A DNA stretch of 64,000 nt from Chloroflexota bacterium (GCA_011523615.1 WTGJ01000027.1:452458-516457); one strand, 5' to 3'. Counted from the first letter of the stretch, positions 18,327-29,334 are shown. Made by a program: numbers and translations. Notes: generated by a model not told the origin, from the letters alone.

Positions 18327-19310
18327 CTATGACTGTTCGATAGCAAACGTCGGTGAAACGGCTTTGGGGTTGGGGGCAAACCGGCGCGCATCTTGGGCGG
18401 CAATCAGCCCTTCAGAAACCAAGACACGTTCGAAGGCGACCACCGCCACCTCAATCATCGCCAATTCCGGCTGACGAGTGGTGAGATGCTGCAAAGCAAG
18501 ATTGGGAACGATGAGCCAGCGGATCAATGGATGATGGCGATGTTTGGCGGTGAAACGCAACAGTTCATAGGAAACCCCGGCGATGATGGGGATCAAGACC
18601 AGCCGCGAAAGTACGAGGGTTAAGAAAGGGGGCCGCCCCAGCAATGAAAAGAAAAAGACGCCCACAAAGACGACGGTGAGTAGGAATGCAGTTCCGCAGC
18701 GAGGATGCTCGATGGGGAATTTCTCCACATTCTCGGGCGTTAATTCTGCCCCGGCTTCATAAGCATTGATGGTTTTGTGTTCCGCACCGTGATAACGGAA
18801 GATGCGCTTTACATCCGGCAGCAAGCCGATCAGGGAGATGTAAGTGATCAGGATGCTCAGTTGCACGAGGCCTTCGAAAAGATTGACGACGGTAGGTTGA
18901 TCTTGAAGGCTGAGCGCTCGTTGCAGGCCGCTGGCGATCGTCGTGGGCAGCAAAAAGAAAACACCGAGGCCAATGAGGAGGGAAAAAGCCACGGTAGCCC
19001 AACCCATGGGGCCATTAAAATTCACCTCTTCTTCTTCGCCCATCGCCACATCGGCAGACCACATCAGGGCCCGCGTTCCCAACCCCAACGCATCCCATAA
19101 GCCAATCAGTCCGCGCAAAAATGGGGTCTTGATCAGGCGCCCCCGATACAAGCGTTCGTTCAAGGGCTGTTCATGGACGACAATTTCGCCAGCGGGATTT
19201 CGCACCGCGACGGCTGCCGTGTGCACACCGCGCATCATCACCCCTTCAATGACCGCCTGCCCGCCGTAGGAGAAACGCTTTTGACTTGGCTTGACATTCA
19301 TGAGAGCCAT
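18327..19310 (-). CDS. DUF1385 family membrane protein (YqhQ-like)
   Basis: YGGQAVIEGVMMRG near the N-terminus, YHGAEHKTI and EHPRCGT motifs, and multiple TM helices. Confidence 0.75.
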   Translation of the reverse strand: MALMNVKPSQKRFSYGGQAVIEGVMMRGVHTAAVAVRNPAGEIVVHEQPLNERLYRGRLIKTPFLRGLIGLWDALGLGTRALMWSADVAMGEEEEVNFNGPMGWATVAFSLLIGLGVFFLLPTTIASGLQRALSLQDQPTVVNLFEGLVQLSILITYISLIGLLPDVKRIFRYHGAEHKTINAYEAGAELTPENVEKFPIEHPRCGTAFLLTVVFVGVFFFSLLGRPPFLTLVLSRLVLIPIIAGVSYELLRFTAKHRHHPLIRWLIVPNLALQHLTTRQPELAMIEVAVVAFERVLVSEGLIAAQDARRFAPNPKAVSPTFAIEQS

Positions 19311-19344
19311 CTTATCACAGGAAGAGGCAGATGGTGATGGTGAA

Positions 19345-21087
19345 TCAAGGGGATGTGCGAAAGTCTTGAATGTTCAAGTTTATGGATCGTCTTCCTTGCC
19401 AGTAGTTATTCTCAAGGTAGCTCACCACATCTACTTCAGTACCGGCGTGCTCTTTTCTTTCCCCCTGGTTGAAAGCGATCCCGCGCAAGTACCTGCCTGT
19501 GGATGAAGCGAAATGAAAGGAGAGGTGCTTGCCGAGTTTGCCGACGCATCTGACCGCTTTGACGGGCAGGTTGCGCAGCAAGAACAACGGTTGGGGATTG
19601 CCAAAGCCGGTGGGTTCCAAGCGTTCCAGTTCGTCCAACAAAGCGGCATCGACCTGTTCGACGCTCAATTCTAGATCGATGTTCAGGATGGGCAGCAGTT
19701 CTTTGCCGCGCAATGCGCTGCGGGCAATGGCTTGCAATCGCTCGACCAAGGTATCCAGCTGATCGTTGTGAACGGTGAATCCTGCAGCGGATACATGCCC
19801 ACCATGTTGGATCAGCAGGTCATCGCATTGATCCAACGCTTCCATCAAGTTGAAACCAGGGATGCTGCGACAGGAAGCATGGCTGTATGTTTCACCTTTC
19901 TCCCAGATCACGCTGGGGTGATGCCACTCTTCCGCCAATCGGCCCGCCACCAAGCCCACAATCCCCCGAGAGTAGTGCTCATCCCCCGCACAGATCAGGG
20001 GATCTTTGCGCCGGTCCCAGTGAATCAGACCTTGGCGGATCTCATCCAGCGCCGCATTCGTCAGGACTTGCCGCTGCTGATTCAAGGCGTTGAGTTGATC
20101 GGCCAACGCGAATGCTTCTGCTTCCTGGCGGCAGAGTAGGAGCTGCAGCGCCAAAGAGGCATCCGCCAATCTACCGGCAGCATTCAATCGGGGAGCGATG
20201 CGATACGCAACCTGGCTCGCTTCGATGGACGGGAGATGGATGCCAGCGGTAGCCGCGAGCGCCTGCAAGCCCAGGCGACGATTCTCTCGCAGCACTTTCA
20301 TCCCTTCCTGGACGAATCGCCGATTCACCTGGTCGTTCAACGACATCATGTCCGCGATGGTGCCAATGGCAACCAAATCCAACAAATCGGACAGGCGAAA
20401 ATCAGGAAAGCTGGCTTTCCCCTCCCGGTTCATTTGTTCACGCAGTAAGGCATATGCCAGCATGAAGGCCACGCCTACCCCTGCCAAATCCTGGGTTGGA
20501 TCGGCAGGATCCATTAACTTTGGATTGATGACCACATTGGCTTCGGGAAGGGACGCACCGACGGAGTGGTGATCGGTAATGACGATGTCCATTCCTGCTT
20601 CTCGCGCCGCTTGTACTTCTTGGTGATTGCGGATGCCGCAATCCACGGTGATGATCAGTGCTGTCTGGTGTGCTGCGATGTGCTGGATGGCGGCGAGATT
20701 CAAACCATAGCCTTCTTCGACGCGGTTGGGGATGTATGCTTCTACTTGTGCGCCCAAAGCTTCCAGCGTCTGTACCAGCATCGCAGTCGCCGTGATGCCA
20801 TCGGCGTCATAATCGCCATAAACGATCATCCGCCCACCCTGGTGAAGGTGAGTAAATATCAATTGCACGGCAGCTGGGACACCGCTCAATTTCTCTGGCT
20901 CCCTGGGAAATTCTGATCCATGCAGGAATCGTTGTGCATCTTCTTCGTTACGGACGCCGCGCTGGAAGAGCAATTGGGCAAGCAAAGGTGACATTTCCCC
21001 CAACCGTTCCAGTTGGCCGCGAGACGGTGTGGCTGAGATCACCCAGCGTTTCTGTTGGCTAGGCTGATGCCGCATACCGTAACCCAT
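19345..21087 (-). CDS. recJ: single-stranded-DNA-specific exonuclease RecJ
   Basis: 580 aa. DHH-family motifs IVYGDYDADGITA, ITVDCG, VITDHH, and the DHHA1 region GGHVSAAG. Confidence 0.9.
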   Translation of the reverse strand: MGYGMRHQPSQQKRWVISATPSRGQLERLGEMSPLLAQLLFQRGVRNEEDAQRFLHGSEFPREPEKLSGVPAAVQLIFTHLHQGGRMIVYGDYDADGITATAMLVQTLEALGAQVEAYIPNRVEEGYGLNLAAIQHIAAHQTALIITVDCGIRNHQEVQAAREAGMDIVITDHHSVGASLPEANVVINPKLMDPADPTQDLAGVGVAFMLAYALLREQMNREGKASFPDFRLSDLLDLVAIGTIADMMSLNDQVNRRFVQEGMKVLRENRRLGLQALAATAGIHLPSIEASQVAYRIAPRLNAAGRLADASLALQLLLCRQEAEAFALADQLNALNQQRQVLTNAALDEIRQGLIHWDRRKDPLICAGDEHYSRGIVGLVAGRLAEEWHHPSVIWEKGETYSHASCRSIPGFNLMEALDQCDDLLIQHGGHVSAAGFTVHNDQLDTLVERLQAIARSALRGKELLPILNIDLELSVEQVDAALLDELERLEPTGFGNPQPLFLLRNLPVKAVRCVGKLGKHLSFHFASSTGRYLRGIAFNQGERKEHAGTEVDVVSYLENNYWQGRRSINLNIQDFRTSP

Positions 21088-21147
21088 CTACACGATCGCT
21101 TCGCCCGTTATACTAGCAGCTGGGAAGTTGAGGAGGGGTGATCGGCC

Positions 21148-22095
21148 TTGCTGCAAAGCCAGCGTTTGGTATTCATGGGTACGCCGTCTTTTGCGTCACC
21201 CAGCTTGAAAATGCTCGCTGAAACTGGAGCGTGGATCGGTGTAGTAACGCAACCCGATCGACCTGGGGGGCGTGGCAGGGCCAGGCAAGAATCAGCGGTG
21301 AAACAGGCAGCGAAGAATCTGGGCTTACCCATCCTCCAACCGCATTCATTGAAAGATGAAACCGTGCTGCAGCAACTCGAAGGTTGGCGACCCAGTGCGA
21401 TCATCGTCGTGGCTTTTGGTCAAATCTTGCCACAATCCTTGTTGGATCTTCCAGAGCACGGCTGCATCAACGTCCATGCTTCGCTTTTGCCAAAGTGGCG
21501 CGGTGCCGCCCCCATCCCCGCTGCCATTCTTGCGGGCGATGGGGTCACCGGCGTAAGCATCATGAAAATGGAACAGGGTCTGGATACGGGACCGGTCTAT
21601 GCTCAGAACCCTCAACCCATCTCTCCTACCGCCACTGCCGGCGCCCTGCATGATCGCCTCAGCAAGAAAGGGGCAAGACTGTTATTGGACGTGCTGCCGG
21701 GAATCCTCTCCGGTTCGCTTCAACCCAGAGCACAAGACCATTTGATGGCTACCTATGCCGCCAAAATCAAGAAAGCGGATGGCGAAATCGACTGGCGGCA
21801 ACTCGCACGACAGATCGAACGACAACTGCGGGCGTATGACCCCTGGCCGGGCAGTTTCACTCATTGGCAGGGGAAACGTCTGATCATTCATGGCGGGGAG
21901 AGCGCAGCGGGAGACTGGCCTGTGGGTGCTGTCGGCAAACATGGGGAACGATTGGCGATCGGTTGTGGAGAAGGCTTGTTGATTCCTCGGGAGATGCAAA
22001 TCGAAGGGAAGCGAGTGCTTTCCTCTGACGAATTCATCCGCGGTCACCAAGGGGTGCTGGGATCTCAGCTTGCCATGCGGGAAGCGAAGACTTAA
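21148..22095 (+). CDS. fmt: methionyl-tRNA formyltransferase
   Basis: 315 aa. [27 protein letters not shown] and the C-terminal domain pattern. TTG start. Confidence 0.9.
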   Translation: MLQSQRLVFMGTPSFASPSLKMLAETGAWIGVVTQPDRPGGRGRARQESAVKQAAKNLGLPILQPHSLKDETVLQQLEGWRPSAIIVVAFGQILPQSLLDLPEHGCINVHASLLPKWRGAAPIPAAILAGDGVTGVSIMKMEQGLDTGPVYAQNPQPISPTATAGALHDRLSKKGARLLLDVLPGILSGSLQPRAQDHLMATYAAKIKKADGEIDWRQLARQIERQLRAYDPWPGSFTHWQGKRLIIHGGESAAGDWPVGAVGKHGERLAIGCGEGLLIPREMQIEGKRVLSSDEFIRGHQGVLGSQLAMREAKT

Positions 22096-23084
22096 GGCAA
22101 CAACTCTTGAATCGCGGCCCGTTCCGCCAGTAGTTCGTTTTCGTTTTCTTTCAGCCTTTGCCAGCCATACTCGCTGAAGCGCAAGCCCTCCACCAACGAC
22201 ACCGCACCCGCTTCATCTGTTCGCAAAGGGAACGAATAAAACAAGCCATTGGTGATCCCATATGAATTGCCATCACTGTAGATCGCCGCACTGTACCAAT
22301 TATCTTCTACAGTGGTTTGGGTCAAGGAAACCAGCGAATCGATGATTGCATTTGCCGCGCTAGCCGCAGAACTGAGGCCGCGGGCATCGATGATGCTCGC
22401 CCCTCTTTCGCCGGTGATTCGTTGGAAATCCCTTTCCAACCAGTTTCGGTCGTCGATGACGGTAATGGCAGCTTCACCGGAGATGCGCGCGTTTTCAAAA
22501 TCAGGATATTGGGTGGCACTGTGGTTGCCCCAAAGAGCGAGATGACTGACTTCTTGCACGGGTCGGGAACTGCGGTTGGCGAGTTGCGCCTTGGCCCGAT
22601 TCTCATCCAGCCTGGTCATGGCGAACCAGCGTTCTTTCGGAATATCGGGTGCATTGGCTGCGGCGACCAGGCAGTTGGTGTTGCAGGGGTTGCCCACCAC
22701 CAAAATGCGCACCCCCTCCGCTGCTTGCGCATTGATCGCTTTCCCTTGTTCCACGAAAATGGGGCCATTGATGGCGATCAAGTCGGCTCGCTGCATCCCC
22801 GGCCCACGCGGGCGACTGCCGATCAGCAGCGACCAATCCACATCCTTGAATGCCTTCATGACGTTGTCGGTCGCCTCGATCCCGTGCAATAATGGAAAGG
22901 CACAATCTTCCAATTCAAGAATGACGCCTTCCAGGGCTCTCATAGCCGGCGTGATTTCCAGCAGTTGCAACTGGATCGGTTGCTTCGTGCCAAATATTTC
23001 ACCGCTCAACAGGCGAAACAACAGGCTATAAGCGACTTGGCCTGCTGCACCGGTAACGGCAATGCGGATGGGCGTTGGGTTCAA
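22092..23084 (-). CDS. mdh: malate dehydrogenase (Thermus/cytosolic type)
   Basis: 330 aa. [20 protein letters not shown] Rossmann start, ...GNPCNTN..., [14 protein letters not shown] motifs. Confidence 0.9.
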   Translation of the reverse strand: MNPTPIRIAVTGAAGQVAYSLLFRLLSGEIFGTKQPIQLQLLEITPAMRALEGVILELEDCAFPLLHGIEATDNVMKAFKDVDWSLLIGSRPRGPGMQRADLIAINGPIFVEQGKAINAQAAEGVRILVVGNPCNTNCLVAAANAPDIPKERWFAMTRLDENRAKAQLANRSSRPVQEVSHLALWGNHSATQYPDFENARISGEAAITVIDDRNWLERDFQRITGERGASIIDARGLSSAASAANAIIDSLVSLTQTTVEDNWYSAAIYSDGNSYGITNGLFYSFPLRTDEAGAVSLVEGLRFSEYGWQRLKENENELLAERAAIQELLP

Positions 23085-23188
23085 AGGAAGCCCTTTCTAC
23101 TCTCTACGGCGGTGCATTATAGCGGTGTGCTGGCTTTTTATCAGCACCTTGACGATATGGATAAAACTGGGCAATATATCAGCGAACG

Positions 23189-23449
23189 ATGCGAGTTTCT
23201 TTCATGTCACAAACTTCGGACGGCGCGGTCAATCAATCTTTTGCCTTAATCACCGGCGCCGGTTTCATCCTCTGGATGCTGGTATTCTTCCTGGCTGCTG
23301 TCGGAACAGCGTCGGCTGCCACTTTGGTTATTTTGTTATTGATCGGAGCGTTTCTTTTTTTCAGTGGCATCATCAGTTGGTTGGTTCACCAACAGCCTTT
23401 CCGAACATTTGATGACATCAACCAACCCGTCGAAGAAGAATCTCACTGA
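23189..23449 (+). CDS. small hypothetical membrane protein (2 TM)
   Basis: 86 aa. Two hydrophobic helices (FALITGAGFILWMLVFFLAAV; LVILLLIGAFLFFSGIISWLV). The stop abuts the era start. No homology recognised. Confidence 0.45.
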   Translation: MRVSFMSQTSDGAVNQSFALITGAGFILWMLVFFLAAVGTASAATLVILLLIGAFLFFSGIISWLVHQQPFRTFDDINQPVEEESH

Positions 23450-24346
23450 GTGTCAAAGCCCAACCTATGCCCCTTTCGATCCGGTTATGTGGCTGTTTTC
23501 GGGCGACCGAATGTAGGTAAGTCGACGCTGATCAATCGCTTGTTGAGTGAGAAAGTGGCCATCGTCAGCCCCAAACCGCAAACCACCCGGCGACTTCAGT
23601 TGGGCATATTTACCGATGCGCATCACCAAATCATATTCATGGATACTCCTGGCATCCACCGCCACAAACAAGCATTCGGCCAAAAAATGGTCGCTTCAGC
23701 CATTCAGGCATTCAAGAATGCGGATGTGTTGCTTTGGCTGACCGATGTTTGCCAAGCACCGAACGCTGCCGATGTGCAGATTGCCCAGATCCTGAAACGA
23801 AGGAAGGAGGAGCAGACGCTCTTTCTGGTGGGGAACAAAATCGACCGCTTGATGGATGGTGTGCCTTCCCATGAAGAGAGTTATCGAGAATTGTCTACCG
23901 CTGAATGCCATCTTCAAATCAGCGCTTTGCATGGCGATGGAGTCGGCGATCTGCTCGCGACGTTATGTCACCATCTTCCAGAAGGACCCATGCTCTATCC
24001 GGCAGATCAAATCAGTGATGCAAACATGCGGTTCACCGCAGCTGAGATCATCCGCGAAAATATCCTGAACCATTGTGAGCAAGAAATTCCCCATGCCTCA
24101 GCCGTCGAAATCACCTCTTATCAAGAATTACCAGCCCTCACGGTGATATCCGCGGTCATTTTCGTGGAAAAGGACTCACAGAAAGGAATCCTGATTGGCA
24201 AAGGTGGCCGGATGATCAAACGCATTGGCCAGGGAGCGCGGCGGGCTTTGGAAGAAATGACAGCTGCACACATTCATCTGGATCTACGGGTCAAGACTCA
24301 CAAAAATTGGCGACGAGACGAAGAATTCATCCAGCGACTCGGGTGA
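23450..24346 (+). CDS. era: GTPase Era
   Basis: GYVAVFGRPNVGKSTL (G1), DTPG (G3), NKID (G4), and a C-terminal KH domain (ILIGKGGRMIKRIG). GTG start. Confidence 0.9.
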   Translation: MSKPNLCPFRSGYVAVFGRPNVGKSTLINRLLSEKVAIVSPKPQTTRRLQLGIFTDAHHQIIFMDTPGIHRHKQAFGQKMVASAIQAFKNADVLLWLTDVCQAPNAADVQIAQILKRRKEEQTLFLVGNKIDRLMDGVPSHEESYRELSTAECHLQISALHGDGVGDLLATLCHHLPEGPMLYPADQISDANMRFTAAEIIRENILNHCEQEIPHASAVEITSYQELPALTVISAVIFVEKDSQKGILIGKGGRMIKRIGQGARRALEEMTAAHIHLDLRVKTHKNWRRDEEFIQRLG

Positions 24347-24352
24347 TTGAAC

Positions 24353-25291
24353 TCAGCCACTCATTCGGGAAAGGTAGCGTACTCCCGTCTTTACATCGGT
24401 GGCGATCTGTTTCTGTAGCTCCTGAATCGATGAAAATTGAATTTCGGGTCGCAAGTATTTTTCAAAACTGAGCTGTACGGTCTCACCGTAAATATCCTCG
24501 TCAAAATCGATGAGGAATGCCTCGACGGTAAATCGTGCTTCTCGGAAGCTGGGGCGAAAACCCAGGTTGGACAAGGCCATGAACCGTTTCCCGCGCACGG
24601 TTGCCCAGGATGCATAGGTTCCACGGGCCGGTAACAGTTGCTCTTCCCATATCTGTAAATTGATGGTGGGGAATCCGAGAGTGCGACCTCTTTGTTTTCC
24701 GTGGGTGATTTTGCCCTGGATCGAGTAAGAGCGGCCGAGCAATTGATCCCTCACCTCTTCCACAGAACCAGCCAACAGCTTGGATCGAATCTGTTGGCTG
24801 CTGATCTTTGCATTCCCAATGCGCAGGCTCTTTGCTGTATGCAGGACATAGCCATATTGCTTCCCCAGCCGAGTCAAATGGGAGATGTTTCCTTCTCGGT
24901 GATAGCCCAGAGCGAAGTCATCCCCTTGAACCAGTGCGGCGGGTCGGATTCGCTCACAAACGATTGCCATGAATTCTTCGGCCTTCATCCGTCGGATGTG
25001 CTCGTCAAAAGGAACGGTGACCACTTTGGCAACACCAAGTTCGTGCAATAATGCCGTCCGACTCTTCAGATCGGTCAAGTAGTATCGACCCTGGATGGAT
25101 TTCACGATCACATCTGGATGAGGATGGAAACACAAGACGACGGTCTCTTTGTTTTGTACTCCAGCCAGCTGCACCAGCTGCTGGATCAAGTGCCGATGCC
25201 CGCGGTGAACGCCATCGAATACCCCGATCGATAGCACGGTCGGTTGCTTGAGCTGTACCCTTCCCCAGTCTGAAAAGAATTCTCTAGCCAT
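24353..25291 (-). CDS. ribF: bifunctional riboflavin kinase / FMN adenylyltransferase
   Basis: VLSIGVFDGVHRGHRHLI nucleotidyltransferase motif and the C-terminal kinase motif GKQRGRTLGFPTINL. I prefer ATG at 25291 (MAREFF...), which gives an 8-nt ATGGCTAG overlap with the truB stop. The track start at 25339 would overlap truB by 56 nt. Confidence 0.85.
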   Translation of the reverse strand: MAREFFSDWGRVQLKQPTVLSIGVFDGVHRGHRHLIQQLVQLAGVQNKETVVLCFHPHPDVIVKSIQGRYYLTDLKSRTALLHELGVAKVVTVPFDEHIRRMKAEEFMAIVCERIRPAALVQGDDFALGYHREGNISHLTRLGKQYGYVLHTAKSLRIGNAKISSQQIRSKLLAGSVEEVRDQLLGRSYSIQGKITHGKQRGRTLGFPTINLQIWEEQLLPARGTYASWATVRGKRFMALSNLGFRPSFREARFTVEAFLIDFDEDIYGETVQLSFEKYLRPEIQFSSIQELQKQIATDVKTGVRYLSRMSG

Positions 25292-26183
25292 GTTCCAACT
25301 GGTGAGCTGCGCGAAAGACTTTGATCGGTTGCCAAGCACCGGCTACGGCCTGAACCACGGCGATCAGTCGATCTCGATACAGTGCCAGCGCCAATTTCTC
25401 TGCCGTTTCGGTTTCGTGGATTGGCGTCGTTTTGCCCTGGCAGAGGGCGGTTGCTTCCTCGAGATGGAAGGAGATCTTCGACCAGGATTGGAAGGGCCAG
25501 ACCGGGTCCAGCAAGTGTCTTTTCCAATTGCCAGAAGCAGCCAATTCAGCCGTAGAACGGGCATGACACAGCTGAAAAGGACCGCTGGCGATCCGTTTCA
25601 ATGCCGAGAGGTGTGCGCCCACACCCAATCTCTCGCCGACATCGTGAGCCAGGCTGCGGATGTAGGTGCCGGATGAACAGTGAACTTCAACCTCGAGCTG
25701 CGGTTTGCACCAGCGTTTCAGCTTGAGTTCCTGTATGAACACTTTGCGCATGGGTGGCGAAACTTGAATGCCCGCTCGAGCCAATTGATAGAGTTTTTTT
25801 CCGTCACGCTTTACTGCGCTGTAGACCGGTACCGTTTGCTGGATCTCACCCGTCAGCTGCGCCAAAGTGGAGAGGAGCTCTCGTTCTTGGATATTGGAGA
25901 TATCGGAAACAGGGCTCAGTTGCCCCTCTGCATCATAGGTGCTTGAACGTTGCCCCAATTGAATCGTCGCGAGATAACGTTTGTCTGAACCGGTAAGATA
26001 TTCGCTCAAGCGAGTAGCTTTACCCACGCAGATAGGCAGAACACCCGATGCGAGGGGATCGAGCGTCCCGGTGTGCCCCATTTTTTGTATGCCGGTGATT
26101 TGCCGGAGTTGTTGAATCACATCATGGCTGGTGGGGCCGCTGGGTTTATCGACGTTGAGAAAACCGAGCACTTCCTGCTTCAA
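25284..26183 (-). CDS. truB: tRNA pseudouridine(55) synthase
   Basis: GFLNVDKPSGPTSHDV and catalytic HTGTLDPLASGVLPICVG motifs. Confidence 0.9.
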   Translation of the reverse strand: MKQEVLGFLNVDKPSGPTSHDVIQQLRQITGIQKMGHTGTLDPLASGVLPICVGKATRLSEYLTGSDKRYLATIQLGQRSSTYDAEGQLSPVSDISNIQERELLSTLAQLTGEIQQTVPVYSAVKRDGKKLYQLARAGIQVSPPMRKVFIQELKLKRWCKPQLEVEVHCSSGTYIRSLAHDVGERLGVGAHLSALKRIASGPFQLCHARSTAELAASGNWKRHLLDPVWPFQSWSKISFHLEEATALCQGKTTPIHETETAEKLALALYRDRLIAVVQAVAGAWQPIKVFRAAHQLEHG

Positions 26184-27166
26184 GTGTTGCCAGACTCCGC
26201 TTCCGCACGCAAGAGCGGGATGACTTGATCTATGGCTTCTTCGATGCTGCAGTGGAGCGTCGTTCCACTGGCCTGTTGATGCCCCCCACCGCCCAATGAA
26301 CTGGCGATCTGCGCAACGTCATAGCCGGAAACAGAACGAAACTCGATTTTGATCTCACCCGCCGATATTTCAGAGAACAAGGCGGCGATTTTCGCTTCAT
26401 TCACTTGCAACAGGTAATTCACCAATCCGCCATCTTGGTTGGGAGCGATGCCCGATTCTTGCCAGTCGACGTGACGGATGCGAGTGTAGATCACGCCATC
26501 TTGCAACTGGATGGCTGGCATGACCCTCTGCCATAAGAGGACAGAAGCGTAGGAACGCGTGTTGAGGGTTTGCTGAAATATCAAAGACAATGAAGCGCCA
26601 AGTTCCATCAAGTGTTTTGCGATGGCCAGGGTCTCCGCTGTGACGTTATCGGTGCGATATCCTTGGGTATCCGTCGTCAAACCGGTCAACAATGCCTGGG
26701 CGATGGGCTGCGTGAAATGGGCATTCATCTCTTGCAGCCATAGGTAGATGATTTCGGTGGTGGAAACTGCCGTCGGTATGACCAATTGCACATCACCAAA
26801 CTGCGTATTGGTCGTATGGTGATCGATATTGAGCACCCTTGCCGCACGTTCACGACCCATCACTCCCGATTTCCCAGTCCTCGCTTCATCGCTGCTATCG
26901 ACGGAAATGAACAAATCCCAATTGCCAGGCTTGGGCATGTCACTGATCGCAGCGCTACCTTCCAGGAACGAGAGGTGATTGGGGAGCCCCCCGTCCACGG
27001 CCAGATCTACATCTTTCCCTTGTTGCCATAAGTACAGGCCCAAGGCGAGCATGGAGCCGATGGCATCACCATCTGGATGGATGTGACTGGCGATCAATAC
27101 CCGTTCACTCTGCTGGATGGCTTGCGTCGCAGCTCGCCAGTTGGGCGCTACTGTGGAGAGATTCAT
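26180..27166 (-). CDS. nrnA: DHH/DHHA1 phosphoesterase (NrnA-type oligoribonuclease / pAp phosphatase)
   Basis: SHIHPDGDAIGS, NIDHHTTN and GGGGHQQASG motifs, in the conserved position between rbfA and truB. Confidence 0.8.
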   Translation of the reverse strand: MNLSTVAPNWRAATQAIQQSERVLIASHIHPDGDAIGSMLALGLYLWQQGKDVDLAVDGGLPNHLSFLEGSAAISDMPKPGNWDLFISVDSSDEARTGKSGVMGRERAARVLNIDHHTTNTQFGDVQLVIPTAVSTTEIIYLWLQEMNAHFTQPIAQALLTGLTTDTQGYRTDNVTAETLAIAKHLMELGASLSLIFQQTLNTRSYASVLLWQRVMPAIQLQDGVIYTRIRHVDWQESGIAPNQDGGLVNYLLQVNEAKIAALFSEISAGEIKIEFRSVSGYDVAQIASSLGGGGHQQASGTTLHCSIEEAIDQVIPLLRAEAESGNT

Positions 27167-27528
27167 GGAATGCAGGTGGAATCCTCGTTTTCAGTTTGGA
27201 TTTGATCCAGCAATTCATGAATCCTTGCACTACCCTGCAATGTGGTATCCCAGAAAAAACGAATGGCTGGCGTGTGTTTCAAGCGAATGCTTTGCCCGAC
27301 TGCATTCCTGAAATAACCACTCGCTCGCGCCAGAGTGGCCATGATTTCTTCCTGTCGATCTTCATCACCCAGGGCATTGACGTAGACGCGAGCATGGCGC
27401 AACTCCGGATCCAGCGTCACTTTGGTGACGGAAATGCCGCTCAATCTGGGGTCCGCAATCTCCCGTTGCAGGAGGTTACTGAACAAATGATGCATGCGTT
27501 CTTCGATGCGGACGCGCTTGATCGACAT
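27163..27528 (-). CDS. rbfA: ribosome-binding factor A
   Basis: 121 aa. R..R....l...i..ll..ei.DPRL pattern (RIEERMHHLFSNLLQREIADPRLSGISVTKV), immediately downstream of infB. Confidence 0.88.
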   Translation of the reverse strand: MSIKRVRIEERMHHLFSNLLQREIADPRLSGISVTKVTLDPELRHARVYVNALGDEDRQEEIMATLARASGYFRNAVGQSIRLKHTPAIRFFWDTTLQGSARIHELLDQIQTENEDSTCIP

Positions 27529-27534
27529 TGGCTC

Positions 27535-29334
27535 TCAGTTTGCCTGAGCCAATTCGTAGACTTCGATGATGTCGCCTTCTTGATATTCGCTCACGCCCTG
27601 AAGGCCAATGCCACATTCAAAACCGGAGCGAACTTCTCTGACATCTTCGGTGAATCGTTTCAGGGAATCGATCTCACTATCCTCGATGATGATTTCATCG
27701 CCACGGCGCAACCTCGCCTTTGCCCTGCGGCGTATCTGACCCTCTTTCACATAGGAACCAGCGATGGCCCCCACCCGAGAAATGGAGAATATCTGCCGCA
27801 CCTCAGCGACGCCGATGGTACGGGCCACCAACTCTGGTTCCAACATGCCTTGCAAGGCCAACTGAATGTCCTCAAAGAGTTTGTAGATGATGTTGTATTG
27901 ACGGATGTCCACACCCAGCGCCTGAGCCTGCATTTTGGCAGCGTTATCGACTCGGACGCGAAAGGCAAGGATGATCGCCTTGGAGGCGCTGGCCAGCATC
28001 ACATCACTTTCACTGACATTGCCTACATCGTCGGCCAGGATGTTGAGCGTGATTCCCGAATCTCCTTGTTCTGCCATTTGATGGAGCGAATCGGTGATCG
28101 GTTGCAAGGAGCCCAGCACGTCAACCTTGACGATCAGAGCCAATTCGGAACGCACACCGGCGGTGAACTGGGCGAAGAGATCTTCCAAAGACTGTCGGGG
28201 TTTCGCATTCCCGGCGGATTGTGCCAATTGTCTTTCCTGCGCGATGGATCGGGCGGTTTTTTCATTGGCTTGCAGGGCGAATCGTTCGCCGGGCAATGGA
28301 GGGGCATTCAATCCCAATACGGAAACCGGACACGAAGGAATGGCGGAATCGATGGGTCTGCCATTTTCATCGAACATCGCTTTGATGCGACCGTAGACCG
28401 TTCCCGCCAACACGACATCCCCTACATGAAGGGTTCCGTTCATAACGAGCAGGGTGGCTACCGTTCCGCGCTGCTTATCCACCTGCGCTTCCAATACGAT
28501 GCCCGCTGCTTCGCTCGCTGGATTGGCGACGATGGCATTCTCTTCGGCAACCAGGGTGATGGAATCCAGCAGTTCGTCGATGCCTTCGCCCGAGATTCCT
28601 GAATAGGGAATCACGATGGCATCTCCGCCCCATTCCATCGGCGTAAGATCGAGCTCAGCAAGCTCTCGCTTTACTTTTTCCGGGTTGGCATTGTCGCGAT
28701 CGATTTTGGAGATGGCCACGATGAGCGGTACTTTCGCCGCTCGCGCATGCTGCAGCGCCTCTCGGGTCGTTGGCATGACGCCATCATCGGCCGCCACGAT
28801 GAGGATGGCGATATCCGCTCCTTGTGCACCGCGTGCCCGCATGGAGGTAAAAGCTTCATGCCCGGGCGTATCCAAGAACGTGATCTTCTCCTCCCCATGT
28901 TGCACTTGATAAGCGCCGATGTGTTGCGTGATCCCGCCCGATTCGTGTTCCGCTACATTCGTACGCCGGATCATGTCCAGCAAGGTGGTCTTGCCATGAT
29001 CTACATGCCCCAAAATGGTGACCACAGACGGTCTTTTGATGAGACTCTGATCATCCTCACCCTCGTAAATTTGCCGCCAGGTTTGGACCTCTTCGCGCGT
29101 TGTGGGTTCTTCTTCGGCGAGATCAACCTCCGGAATCGCAACATAGCCCAACTCTTCCATGACGATGGCCGCGGTATCGAAATCGATCTGTTGGTTGAGC
29201 GAAGCCATCACGCCGTTGTTCAATAGGGTGCGCATGACGCTGATTGGATTGGCTTCCATCAGATCCGCCAACTCATGTACCGTGAGAAATTCGGGGATTT
29301 GTATCTCAATTCTTTCTGTCATTGCATCCTCCAT
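27535..29334 (-). CDS. infB: translation initiation factor IF-2 (short form)
   Basis: 599 aa. GHVDHGKTTLLD (G1), DTPGHEAF (G3), SKID (G4), and the C-terminal domain pattern. Confidence 0.92.
   Translation of the reverse strand: MEDAMTERIEIQIPEFLTVHELADLMEANPISVMRTLLNNGVMASLNQQIDFDTAAIVMEELGYVAIPEVDLAEEEPTTREEVQTWRQIYEGEDDQSLIKRPSVVTILGHVDHGKTTLLDMIRRTNVAEHESGGITQHIGAYQVQHGEEKITFLDTPGHEAFTSMRARGAQGADIAILIVAADDGVMPTTREALQHARAAKVPLIVAISKIDRDNANPEKVKRELAELDLTPMEWGGDAIVIPYSGISGEGIDELLDSITLVAEENAIVANPASEAAGIVLEAQVDKQRGTVATLLVMNGTLHVGDVVLAGTVYGRIKAMFDENGRPIDSAIPSCPVSVLGLNAPPLPGERFALQANEKTARSIAQERQLAQSAGNAKPRQSLEDLFAQFTAGVRSELALIVKVDVLGSLQPITDSLHQMAEQGDSGITLNILADDVGNVSESDVMLASASKAIILAFRVRVDNAAKMQAQALGVDIRQYNIIYKLFEDIQLALQGMLEPELVARTIGVAEVRQIFSISRVGAIAGSYVKEGQIRRRAKARLRRGDEIIIEDSEIDSLKRFTEDVREVRSGFECGIGLQGVSEYQEGDIIEVYELAQAN

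Noticed and set aside
25292-25339. N-terminal 16-codon extension of ribF from the ORF track
   Set aside because: It would overlap truB by 56 nt. The internal ATG at 25291 gives the common 8-nt overlap and an N-terminus that fits RibF alignments better.
27196-28602. 468-aa plus-strand ORF spanning rbfA/infB
   Set aside because: It lies entirely antisense to the unmistakable infB and rbfA genes. Its sequence is low-complexity (Gly/Asp/Arg-rich) with no motifs. It is a typical shadow ORF in a stop-poor antisense frame.
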